Assembly (NCBI GenBank): GCA_003649205.1
Contig: QMRC01000008.1
Location: 20,245 to 84,244, forward strand
Length of the DNA: 64,000 nt
Direction: 5' to 3'
Source of the DNA: Thermoprotei archaeon
GTDB taxonomy: Archaea > Thermoproteota > Thermoprotei > Thermoproteales > B15-G16
Part shown: piece after piece, positions 55,623-64,000 of the stretch
Layout: each line of letters begins with the position of its first letter
Numbering within the stretch: the stretch's first letter is position 1
The notes under the pieces: generated by a model
What the model was told of the DNA's origin: nothing
Database searches by the model: none
The model's input: the letters and a program-made list of their open reading frames with translations, nothing else
Program-made: the position numbers and the translations under genes

Positions 55623-57581
55623 ATGACTTCTTCTTATTCTAATCCCAATTCTTCAAGAGACTTCGTAACACTAAATATTAACGATGTCCTAAGAAGCAAC
55701 ATAGTGATTAGTGCACCAACAGGAAGTGGGAAAACAACAGCAGTTATTTCATTAATTCCACAGCTTACGAGATACTTTAACAAAGTAATTGTTCTAGTAC
55801 CTACAAGAGCACTGGCAAATGAGGTGTTTGAGAGAATAAGAAGAATCTTCAATGATGTTTCTATTGATACCAGTGATGCAAGGTTAGAAAAGAACTACAA
55901 CTTCTTCAAGTGTTGGTCAAGCAAGGTAATTGTTACAACATATGAGAGATTTGACAGCATTCAAATGAGTTTACCATTACCAGACAAGAAGCTGATTATT
56001 ATTGATGAAGTTCATAGTTACAAGGATCCAGAGCGGGCGATACCAATAATAAGCACATTGATTTCAGCGAAAGAGAAGAATGATAGAGTAATTTGCTTAA
56101 GTGCTACGATTCCACAGCTAGAGAACCTCGTTCAGTGGCTTAACGCTAGGTTGATTAGGAAAGACGATAGAGTTACTGAGCTTAAAGTAGAGACAATTTC
56201 AATTGGAACAAGACCAAGAGGAAGAGGAGCTAGCTTCAGATACTTCAGTGCTGTTCTTGAGAAAGTCAAAGAGATCATTAAGAGAATTCTAAGAGAAGAT
56301 AAAAATCCACAAATTATCATCTTTAGGGCTAATAAGAAGCAGTTGTATCAGATGAAGGAAGTGCTTGAGAGGGAGTTTCCACAGTTGAGAATTGCTGTTC
56401 ACCATGCTTCATTGCCTCCAGCAGAGAGGAAGAGAGTTGAAGCTGAGTTCAGAGCTAGAAGAATTAACATTATTCTAGCAACACATACACTGGCTTATGG
56501 AGTGAATCTACCAGCAAAGTACGTAATCATTGCAGGGCTCAGCAACTACCTACCTGATAGGGTTGTTGAACTCAGCGATGTTGATGTTGTTCAGATGATT
56601 GGTAGAGCTGGTAGACCAGAGTTCGATGTTGTTGGCTATGCCTACATTATTTACGCTGAGGAAGAGCGACCAATAGTTGATAGAGCATTGAATAAGGAGT
56701 ACACTGTTAATGACATTACTTCAGAGCTACCAGCATTTGTACTGAGGCTCATCTACACAGGAAGAATCAGAAACCTAGATGATCTAGCTAAGTGGAGTGA
56801 GGCATTACCAAGCTTCTTCAATGTAACAGCATACACCTTTGAGAGAGCTTACAGAGAACTTGAGGAGTTAGGTCTCGTTAAGGAGTTTAAGTGTACAGAG
56901 CTTGGTGAAGTGCTTGCAAAGAACTACGTTACGACAAAGATGATGGTTGCTGTCACAATGATGTTCAAGCTTCTACCGACAACAGTTAGAGAAGATCCAG
57001 TACAGACAGTACTCACAACATACCACTTAATGAGGCTCGTTGGTACGAGGACAACACTTGTAGCTAATGGAGATAAGTTCACTACAGAAGTTCTCGAAGC
57101 AATGCACTGGTGTAGCAGAAACCTAAGAACACTATACATTGACGTAGCTTATACACCGTTTGAGAGGTACGTCAAAGCTAACGTAGATTACTACGGTATG
57201 GAGATTAATCCAGATGATGTAAGTGATGTAGTTGCTTGTCTGCTGTATCCAAGCAAATTCAATGTAGATAATGTCGCTGAGTGCCTCAGGAAGATAGCAC
57301 AGATATGGGAAGAGATTGCAGTTGTCGTCATTAAGGACAAGGAGCTAGCTAAGAAGTACAGAGCACTTAAGCATGTCTTCAGAGTTGTTAGGAAGTACAG
57401 AGTTGACAAGATGTTTGAAGTACTTATCATTAAGTTAGATGACTTCACTAAAGTCCTAGAAACTACGAGGAATGAGGACATTGCACTAGCACAAGTGTAC
57501 GGAGTAAAGTTAGGGCTACAGCAAGCAAGACATGTAAATGGCTTCAGGAGAAACAACAGAGGTATGAGGTACCTGAGGTGA
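55623..57581 (+). CDS. Ski2/Hel308-like SF2 helicase
   Basis: APTGSGKT, PTRALA, TTYERFD, DEVH, LSATI, HHASL, TLAYGVNLPA, QMIGRAGRP; start placed after the CTACT motif (track start 55599). Confidence 0.9.
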   Translation: MTSSYSNPNSSRDFVTLNINDVLRSNIVISAPTGSGKTTAVISLIPQLTRYFNKVIVLVPTRALANEVFERIRRIFNDVSIDTSDARLEKNYNFFKCWSSKVIVTTYERFDSIQMSLPLPDKKLIIIDEVHSYKDPERAIPIISTLISAKEKNDRVICLSATIPQLENLVQWLNARLIRKDDRVTELKVETISIGTRPRGRGASFRYFSAVLEKVKEIIKRILREDKNPQIIIFRANKKQLYQMKEVLEREFPQLRIAVHHASLPPAERKRVEAEFRARRINIILATHTLAYGVNLPAKYVIIAGLSNYLPDRVVELSDVDVVQMIGRAGRPEFDVVGYAYIIYAEEERPIVDRALNKEYTVNDITSELPAFVLRLIYTGRIRNLDDLAKWSEALPSFFNVTAYTFERAYRELEELGLVKEFKCTELGEVLAKNYVTTKMMVAVTMMFKLLPTTVREDPVQTVLTTYHLMRLVGTRTTLVANGDKFTTEVLEAMHWCSRNLRTLYIDVAYTPFERYVKANVDYYGMEINPDDVSDVVACLLYPSKFNVDNVAECLRKIAQIWEEIAVVVIKDKELAKKYRALKHVFRVVRKYRVDKMFEVLIIKLDDFTKVLETTRNEDIALAQVYGVKLGLQQARHVNGFRRNNRGMRYLR

Positions 57582-57585
57582 CCAA

Positions 57586-58044
57586 ATGCCTAGAGGGAGA
57601 AGAAAAGTTACTCTTGAAGACATTATTGCTTCAGCAGACTTCAAGACTATTAATGATTTATGCGACAACGTTCTAAAATTAACTGATGAACTTTGTAATG
57701 AGCACTTTGTTGATCTGCTACCGTATATGTGGATTAATCATGCTAAAAAACTTGCAGTAGAGATCAAGGAAAAGAAAATTGTTCCTCTTGAAAGACTTAT
57801 CATTACTAGTGAAGAGCTGTTTTACCTTGCTTGGTTAAGTAAGGAGGGAAAGTTAGGAGTTGTTGAGGAGCTTAGTGATAAAAAGAAAGTACATGAAAAG
57901 CTGTGGAATTTGTACCACGTATTCTTAATCCTCGTGGAGGCACTGCTTGAGAAGTACATTGAGGTAGCGATCAAGATTGGTGATCTCTGTTCAATGGATG
58001 AGGGAGAGAGATTAATCAGATTGCTTAAGGGTCTTAAGACCTAA
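57586..58044 (+). CDS. Helical hypothetical protein
   Basis: RBS GAGGTGA. Confidence 0.65.
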   Translation: MPRGRRKVTLEDIIASADFKTINDLCDNVLKLTDELCNEHFVDLLPYMWINHAKKLAVEIKEKKIVPLERLIITSEELFYLAWLSKEGKLGVVEELSDKKKVHEKLWNLYHVFLILVEALLEKYIEVAIKIGDLCSMDEGERLIRLLKGLKT

Positions 58045-58068
58045 ATCTACCTTCTCTTCCTTTCTACT

Positions 58069-58425
58069 ATGTCTTGGTATAGGTATTGCTTTACTGTAAG
58101 AGACAATCAGTGCTTCAAAGGAACTCAAGGAGATGTAGTGATTACAGGACTTGGAAAGAAATTAGTGCTTAAGTGTGATTTCAGTAAATTCAAGGAATTA
58201 ATTGCTAATGTAGGGAGTTTCAAGGTCTTTCTAAGGGAGAATGACTTCTACGAGAATGACAGGGTTATCATTGCTTTTAGTTGTGTAATTAGTTTTGTTA
58301 GAGAGCAAGTGATTGAGGAGAACAATACAAGGATTCACAGCACAAGACTTGTCAGAGCTGAGCTAATGGATAGAAGGCTCAAAGTTGATGAAGTCGAGGT
58401 ATTCAGAGAAGTTCTGAGAAGATAA
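58069..58425 (+). CDS. Hypothetical protein
   Basis: Preceded by pyrimidine tract + CTACT-ATG. Confidence 0.7.
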   Translation: MSWYRYCFTVRDNQCFKGTQGDVVITGLGKKLVLKCDFSKFKELIANVGSFKVFLRENDFYENDRVIIAFSCVISFVREQVIEENNTRIHSTRLVRAELMDRRLKVDEVEVFREVLRR

Positions 58426-58449
58426 TGAAACTCAAACCTTTCTTCTACT

Positions 58450-58692
58450 ATGTCCTCGGTAAATATTCTCGGGGAGAAAATTACCAGAACAATAATTGAA
58501 AAAGAGATTCTCATTGAGTGCTATGGACGTTCTGAAGCTGAAGAGTTTGCAAGGAAGCTAAAAGTAGCAAGAGTTTACAGCATGAATGTTCCAGTGCCTA
58601 AGAGAATTCAGAAGATGAGTATTGAACAGAGGAAGAAGCTCGGAATAAGGTTAAGATATAAGGTAATAGTGAGAGAGATTGTAGCAAGTTAA
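58450..58692 (+). CDS. Small basic hypothetical protein
   Basis: Preceded by CTACT-ATG. Confidence 0.65.
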   Translation: MSSVNILGEKITRTIIEKEILIECYGRSEAEEFARKLKVARVYSMNVPVPKRIQKMSIEQRKKLGIRLRYKVIVREIVAS

Positions 58693-58719
58693 ATTTTCCT
58701 TCTTCTTTTCTCTCCTACT

Positions 58720-59673
58720 ATGTCGTCTGGATTTGATTTTAGGGTTTGGACTTCCAGAGTACAGAGAATAACCGCTGACGGAGACTTTGACGGAGTAACT
58801 GCAACATTGATTCTATTGGCTGAGGTACCAGAGCTTAGAGAAAGAGAGGTTGAGTTCCCAGCACCGTTTGACACAAAGAAGCGTGACAATGCTTTAGTAA
58901 TTGAGAGACCAGAGAGAGCTGGTGTTGAAGCAGTAGCTGTTGATCACCACGATCCAAGTGCAAAAGGTTACGTAACCATCAATGGTCAGAGGATTTGGGA
59001 GACTGTAGAACCAATGAAATCAGTAGCTAGAGTTGTTGCGAGGCTTCTAGGCGTCGAGGAGAAGTACGCTGATGTCCTAGAGATCGTTGATGTTGTTGAC
59101 AGTGAGCCGAAGAAGGTTGAGAAGGAGTTGTTCTACATTGGTTACAGAGCAGTAATCACAGACCAGACATGGAGGAAGAAAGTTGTTGAGATTGTTAAGG
59201 CTACGGGAGACTTCAGGGAGGCTTGGAACTGGATGATAAGTACCTTCACTGCTATTGGTAAGGTTGTTGCAGAGAGACTAGAGGCTAAGGTAAGTGAGTT
59301 AGTACAGAGAGCAGTAATTGATGGTGATGTTGCTGTGATACCAGTGTTTGTCGGTAAGGACGTAGTAACTGTCGAAGGTATTAGGGTTGATCTAGAGCAG
59401 ATGGCTTCGAAGCCCGCTATGATGAGGTTAGAGCACGACAAGGATCCAGTAATTGCGATGAACATCGATGTTAGGAAGAACATTGTTGGTCTCAGCATTG
59501 CTTCCCCAAGGAAGAACATTGCCGATAAGATTGCAAAGAAGTTAGTTGAGCTAGGGCTTGCTGAGAGTGGAGGCGGTAGACCACAGATTGCTGGTGCACA
59601 GAAGGTCAAGGTAACAGAACCAACAGAGCTAATCAAGGTACTCAAGGAGAGAATTCTTCCACAGCTCCAGTAA
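58720..59673 (+). CDS. DHH/DHHA1-family phosphoesterase (NrnA/RecJ-like)
   Basis: DGDFDG, AVDHH, VVD, C-terminal GGGRPQIAGA. Confidence 0.85.
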   Translation: MSSGFDFRVWTSRVQRITADGDFDGVTATLILLAEVPELREREVEFPAPFDTKKRDNALVIERPERAGVEAVAVDHHDPSAKGYVTINGQRIWETVEPMKSVARVVARLLGVEEKYADVLEIVDVVDSEPKKVEKELFYIGYRAVITDQTWRKKVVEIVKATGDFREAWNWMISTFTAIGKVVAERLEAKVSELVQRAVIDGDVAVIPVFVGKDVVTVEGIRVDLEQMASKPAMMRLEHDKDPVIAMNIDVRKNIVGLSIASPRKNIADKIAKKLVELGLAESGGGRPQIAGAQKVKVTEPTELIKVLKERILPQLQ

Positions 59674-59711
59674 TCTAATTTCTTCTCCCACTTTCATTTT
59701 TTCCCTCTACT

Positions 59712-60611
59712 ATGGAACTGATTAAGTTTCCTTCTCTTTTAGATGTGGATGCCTTCAACAGCAACATCATGGGGATGATAAGGAGTGTCAGAAAGCGATA
59801 CAAGATTGATCTGAGGCTGAAGTTATACGTTGAACCAAAGTACGATGGTAGCAATGTCAGGATCTGGCAAGGTAAAGCACACACAAGAAGTGGATTGCCG
59901 ATAACAGAGGAAGATGTAAGGACTAGGTACTTTGCTCTAGGACTCAAGAAGTCCATGACACTGAGCGAGTGGAGAGCTATCAAGGAGCTGTCTAGAAGAT
60001 ACATTGTTGTCATTGAGCTTGGAGGATGGGCTAACAGCCCTGCAGGATATCCAAAGCCTTGGACTGGAGAATGGGACTACGTAGTCATTGCAATCATTGA
60101 CCCGACAAAGAAGAGGTTCCTACCATCGCCAGAGGTTAGAGAGCTAGCATTACAGCACGGTCTCAAGGTAGTTGACTACAGGACATATGATGCAGAGTAC
60201 GTGGTAAAGAACTGGAAGGAGATACTGACTACACAGTACAAGGACTTCGAGGGCTTCGTAGCTAAGCTGTTTCTAACCGAGGAGGAGTACAGGTATGTTG
60301 CTCATGTCAAGACATGTAGAACCCTCCACGAGTACAGAATCGTGTTTGGGAAGTACAAGCATGAATATCTAGAGATTAAACCAGATGAGCTACCGCCATC
60401 AGAGATCCTCGGAGCAATCAACAAGGCACACATGGAGTACGGTGATATTATCATAAGGAACTTCGAGAGAGCCCTAGAGATAGTCACTACCTACGTAATG
60501 AGAGAAGCAATCAAGCACAACAAGAAGGCACCTGACATGAACACGATAACGAACTACCTAAAGAAGTACATTGTACAGCACGGTGGAAGACTACCATGGT
60601 GGAAGAGGTAA
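59712..60611 (+). CDS. ATP-dependent RNA ligase-like nucleotidyltransferase
   Basis: Motif I EPKYDGSN, motif IV EGFVAK, motif V FGKYK; no OB domain evident. Confidence 0.75.
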   Translation: MELIKFPSLLDVDAFNSNIMGMIRSVRKRYKIDLRLKLYVEPKYDGSNVRIWQGKAHTRSGLPITEEDVRTRYFALGLKKSMTLSEWRAIKELSRRYIVVIELGGWANSPAGYPKPWTGEWDYVVIAIIDPTKKRFLPSPEVRELALQHGLKVVDYRTYDAEYVVKNWKEILTTQYKDFEGFVAKLFLTEEEYRYVAHVKTCRTLHEYRIVFGKYKHEYLEIKPDELPPSEILGAINKAHMEYGDIIIRNFERALEIVTTYVMREAIKHNKKAPDMNTITNYLKKYIVQHGGRLPWWKR

Positions 60612-60916
60612 CCGAGGTGCAACTGATGTACTTCGTACCTATTTCTGAGTTAAGGAAAGTTGAAGGAATCATTGACGTAGAGAAACTACGTGAGAGAGCT
60701 GTATTAGTGTTCAAGGACTGGGCTAAGTGTCATGAGTGTGATGAGTATGACAGACTCGAAGTGTTTGCAGTGTATGAAAACACTGATGAAGGCGAGACAA
60801 AGCTGTGTATCTACATTGTATGGTACCACACTTCTTCAGTATACGTAGTAGAGTATCCACTGAACACAGACCCTCTCGAAGCAGTGAAAGACGTACTAGA
60901 TAAGTTTTATGATTAA
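60596..60916 (+). CDS. Hypothetical protein
   Basis: Overlapping operonic ORF. Confidence 0.6.
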   Translation: MVEEVTEVQLMYFVPISELRKVEGIIDVEKLRERAVLVFKDWAKCHECDEYDRLEVFAVYENTDEGETKLCIYIVWYHTSSVYVVEYPLNTDPLEAVKDVLDKFYD

Positions 60917-61058
60917 CCCTATCTTCCCCAGCTCTCGAAAGAATTAGTAAGGAATACTGTGAAGAATAAGGAGCTTAATGAGGGGTTACCTCACGAAAAT
61001 CATGAGGTTGTGGAAGATCCTAACCTGAACTTAGTATTCTTCTTTCTCATCTACTACT

Positions 61059-61646
61059 ATGAGGTCTCTAAACTCGTATCCAGTTCTTGAGATCAATGGT
61101 TACAGAGTAAAAGTAATACCGAAGTACTCTGCTGTTCAAATAATAATTGATGAAGATCATGTATATGGCTTCAAGATAGAGAACAATGATCTTGACTTCA
61201 GTGCACAGATGTATGTTCTAGTGAAGGAAGTTTTAGGGAAGTGGGAAGGAATAGTATCAGAGCTTCTTCACGTCACGAGTAAGCTTAGGGAATTAGATAG
61301 GCAGGTAGCTCAAGTGGTTAGGTTGATGGTTAGAGCTGGTCATGATGTTGAGAGGATAATTGAGGTTGCTAGGAGGGTTGCTAGTAGAAAGGGAATTCAG
61401 CTAGATGAGGAGCTAGTTAGGAGAGCAGTCGAGCTTCTGTACATAGTGAGAAGTGAAGAGTTCAAGAAGCTACATGCCGAGGTTAGGAGAGTTAAGAAAG
61501 CTCTATGGCTATACAATGTACTTAGAAGAAAGTACAAGGACTTAATCCTTGATGCTTTGAGAAATCCACAGAAGTACATAACTCCAAAGTACGATGTTTA
61601 CAACGACCTAGTATCGGCAAGAACGGTAGATCTCGTAATGAGTTGA
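61059..61646 (+). CDS. Hypothetical protein
   Basis: Preceded by CTACTACT-ATG. Confidence 0.7.
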   Translation: MRSLNSYPVLEINGYRVKVIPKYSAVQIIIDEDHVYGFKIENNDLDFSAQMYVLVKEVLGKWEGIVSELLHVTSKLRELDRQVAQVVRLMVRAGHDVERIIEVARRVASRKGIQLDEELVRRAVELLYIVRSEEFKKLHAEVRRVKKALWLYNVLRRKYKDLILDALRNPQKYITPKYDVYNDLVSARTVDLVMS

Positions 61647-61691
61647 ACCTCTTACCTTCTTTTCCTCTACTCAGCAATCTACTGGGGTGAT

Positions 61692-62258
61692 GTGATGAGT
61701 ATGGGTATAATTATGGAATATACCAAGTTGCATAAGTGGTTACCAAGGATTGTAAGAGGGAGTGTAGATGATGTCTTTTACTTCAGAGATAGAGTGTTGC
61801 TACCGTACATTGAAATCACAGCTAATGACAGTGAAGAAGAAATTGTTACAGCACTACGGAGAGAAAGATACGTTGTTCTTGGTCTCTATGGCTTGAGGGG
61901 ACTTCTCCCTGAATGTGAGTGCAAGTACTGTAACCCGCCTGAGCACCTGTGCTACAGACACCGTACTCTGTATGAATGGGATCTAAAGTGGACAAGTGCT
62001 GTCACTAGCAGGCTTGAAATCTCGTGGAGTTCACTGTGTGACTGGTGTGTGTTTGCAAGAGTACCAAGTCACATCGGCGGTTGTTGGGAACTAGAGTTCA
62101 CACCGAAGGAAGTGACGATCACAAGACCGTGCGGTGTTGCTTTCAAGTACAGAATAACTAGTAGAAGTAAGGTGAGGAGTTACTTCATTGCCCTAGTAAG
62201 GTTGTTCATGGAATTGCAATGGCTTGAAGAAATTCTCAAATCAGAAGACGATTGCTAG
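61692..62258 (+). CDS. Cys-rich hypothetical protein
   Basis: CECKYC..HLC; RBS GGGGTGA. Confidence 0.65.
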   Translation: MMSMGIIMEYTKLHKWLPRIVRGSVDDVFYFRDRVLLPYIEITANDSEEEIVTALRRERYVVLGLYGLRGLLPECECKYCNPPEHLCYRHRTLYEWDLKWTSAVTSRLEISWSSLCDWCVFARVPSHIGGCWELEFTPKEVTITRPCGVAFKYRITSRSKVRSYFIALVRLFMELQWLEEILKSEDDC

Positions 62259-62318
62259 GTTTATGTCTTGAAGAGAACTCCCTCTTTTTCCTCTCTACTT
62301 AATGCTTAGTAACCTACT

Positions 62319-63584
62319 ATGTCGTCTAATTCTTATTCTGGTAAGTTCATTGAGAAGCTGATCAGCGATCTAGAGAAGCTAGAGCAGATAGAGAATTACT
62401 GGTACATTAGCAAAGGCAAGAAGGGTAATGCTGTCTTCGTTTTCAGAGGTAAGCCAGTGATAATAGCTGTTAATCTACCGTATGATATTGTTAATGAGTT
62501 TCATTACTTCGCTATTGCTAGAGTAATTAAGAGAGATAGCAAGTTTACTCTAGCACACGTGATTGCCTACGATATTAGGTACGAAGGCAGTAGCATGACA
62601 GAGACAGTATACAGGGATGATCTTGTTGAGGTTACTGCTCATTACTGGGTCACTAAGGCTAGGGTGAAGATCTATGATGTAGATAAGAGAGAGTTCGAGG
62701 GCATCATCAAAAAGGAGCCAGAACCAGTAATGCCATACAAAGTGAATGTAAGTGATAGAGGTATAGCTGTTCTCAAAGATATGCTGTACAGGAGAGTTAA
62801 GGAGCTGAAGATAGGTAATGTAGCTTTTAGAATTCGTGAATGTACTTTCGACTTCGAGAAAGCTATTGTTCGCTTTGATGTAGTTCTTCCAGATGGTAGG
62901 ATCTTCAGTGATTCAACTAGGTTCGAAGTCGATTACAGCAAGCTGTTGACTGATGATATTAAGGCTCTTGCTGAGGACTTAATTAGACTCTACAATGAGT
63001 ATGAGGAACTATTCAAGCTAGAGCTAAAGAAGGAGAGTGAAGCGTTCGACTACATATACGAGTGGAAGATTAGGTGTAGAGGGTGCCATGCTGAGTTTAC
63101 TTTTGCGGGTAAGACCTTCTGTGAGGCAGTACCGAGTAAGTGTCCTAGGTGTGGTGCTGAGAAGGTCAAGGAAACTCGTGTAGATGTTATATGGCATGAT
63201 GGCTATAGATCTAGAGAGGAAAGTTTCAGCGTTGAGACGTATGAAGTGTCTTGGTATGCTGTCATAACTAGTCGCATTAAGGAGAAGGTTGTTGTTAATA
63301 GGGAATCTGCTACAGCCCTCGAAGACATAAGAGCAAGAAGGTTAGCCGTTCTGGAATACATGAAGAGGGTATGTGAGAGAGCTAGAGTAAAGCTCGAAGA
63401 ACATGATGTTGGAAGCGATAGTGAGACCTTTGTACTCACTGACTTCACAGGTAGAAGTACTGTGTATTTCTGTCAAGGAGCTTGCTTCTTGGAGGGAAGC
63501 CTCCTATTCGGTTACATAGCTTCGGTACTTAAGGAGAAGTTCAACGACTTCATCTACCTGTTAGTAGAGAATGTGTTAAGATAA
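62319..63584 (+). CDS. Hypothetical protein with zinc ribbon
   Basis: CRGC..CPRCG; preceded by CCTACT-ATG. Confidence 0.7.
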   Translation: MSSNSYSGKFIEKLISDLEKLEQIENYWYISKGKKGNAVFVFRGKPVIIAVNLPYDIVNEFHYFAIARVIKRDSKFTLAHVIAYDIRYEGSSMTETVYRDDLVEVTAHYWVTKARVKIYDVDKREFEGIIKKEPEPVMPYKVNVSDRGIAVLKDMLYRRVKELKIGNVAFRIRECTFDFEKAIVRFDVVLPDGRIFSDSTRFEVDYSKLLTDDIKALAEDLIRLYNEYEELFKLELKKESEAFDYIYEWKIRCRGCHAEFTFAGKTFCEAVPSKCPRCGAEKVKETRVDVIWHDGYRSREESFSVETYEVSWYAVITSRIKEKVVVNRESATALEDIRARRLAVLEYMKRVCERARVKLEEHDVGSDSETFVLTDFTGRSTVYFCQGACFLEGSLLFGYIASVLKEKFNDFIYLLVENVLR

Positions 63585-63608
63585 CTCTCCTCTTTTCTAA
63601 CCTCTACT

Positions 63609-64000
63609 ATGTGTACGTATAATGACATTAGGCTAGATGACATAACAGCACTCTTCATAGACTATCTAACAGATAAAACATACCTATTCTACAAGAAAGA
63701 TAGTATTACAATTGATGTAAGGGCATTACCTAGACTTGTTATTGATGTTGTTCTGAAGGATGGTGTACATGCTGTTTGCTGGATCATACCGAAGAGTAAC
63801 GGTGCTTCTCTGGTGATTTCGGTTGATGATGTAGTCTATAGGTTTGATTTCTTTGATGTTTGGTCTCTCAACATGGACATCGCTAGGGTTGTTTGTCCAA
63901 GAATTGTAAAGATTGATGTTAATGGTAGAAAGCTCACTATTGCTGGAGATAACGTGATTGTCATTCCACTGAGCAAGATAGCTGGTTATCTATTTACAAA
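63609..64000 (+). CDS. Hypothetical beta-rich protein (runs off the window end)
   Basis: CTCTACT-ATG at 63609; MCTYNDIRLDDITALFIDYLTDK.. open to the edge. Confidence 0.6.
   Translation, partial: MCTYNDIRLDDITALFIDYLTDKTYLFYKKDSITIDVRALPRLVIDVVLKDGVHAVCWIIPKSNGASLVISVDDVVYRFDFFDVWSLNMDIARVVCPRIVKIDVNGRKLTIAGDNVIVIPLSKIAGYLFT

Larger units (their letters stand above)
1..64000. mobile_element. Segment of a large archaeal dsDNA virus / virus-like extrachromosomal element (hyperthermophilic host likely)
   Basis: Dense ORFan-rich layout. Own PolB, primase, helicases, Hjc, NrdD, ThyA and two Cas4-like nucleases. No ribosomal or housekeeping genes. Archaeal GGTGA/GAGGTG RBS. No capsid gene recognised, so virus versus plasmid is an inference. 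Confidence 0.8.

Noticed and set aside
60979-61007. TGAGGGGTTACCTCA..ATGAGG resembling an array handle
   Set aside because: Lacks the CC-GATGA box and no period-7 T tract follows; probably a simple hairpin.
1-64000. tRNA or rRNA genes
   Set aside because: No cloverleaf with a T-loop GTTCRA consensus or rRNA-like stretch was seen.

Overview
The whole window looks like part of a large (>64 kb) dsDNA virus or extrachromosomal element of a hyperthermophilic archaeon, probably Thermoproteota-like. Support: GGTGA/GAGGTG RBSs, TATA-type promoters, archaeal-type PolB, primase, Hjc, RadA-like, Hel308-like and ThyA genes, many short Cys-rich ORFans, and no host housekeeping genes. No HK97 capsid, portal or terminase gene is recognisable. 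1-23.1 kb is a membrane/surface gene cluster: a >1835-aa surface protein missed by the ORF track, an S8 protease, a CPBP protease, a pilin and FUN14. 23-38 kb holds replication and nucleotide genes (PolB, primase, SF2 helicase, RadA-like, Cas4-like, NrdD). 38-64 kb holds accessory genes. The main discovery is a stand-alone Cas7/Csm3-like RAMP gene (34644-35270) with no CRISPR array. It is followed by non-coding tracts (35305-35721, paralogous copy at 38045-38425) made of a conserved C/D-box-like handle (GAGGG..CC..GATGA) plus 17-30 otherwise variable heptamers, nearly all with T at position 3. This is a candidate viral RNA-guided system with a 7-nt periodic guide. Other oddities: an MtrA-corrinoid/thymidylate synthase fusion, a methanogenesis-marker-9/RHH fusion, a shared C-terminal [KR]Y[LV] tail on mostly membrane proteins, a pyrimidine-tract+CTACT motif directly before the start codons of the 55-64 kb genes, a GC-rich structured RNA, and a split amidoligase next to a transglutaminase. 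Family assignments come from motif recognition by eye, not from database searches.
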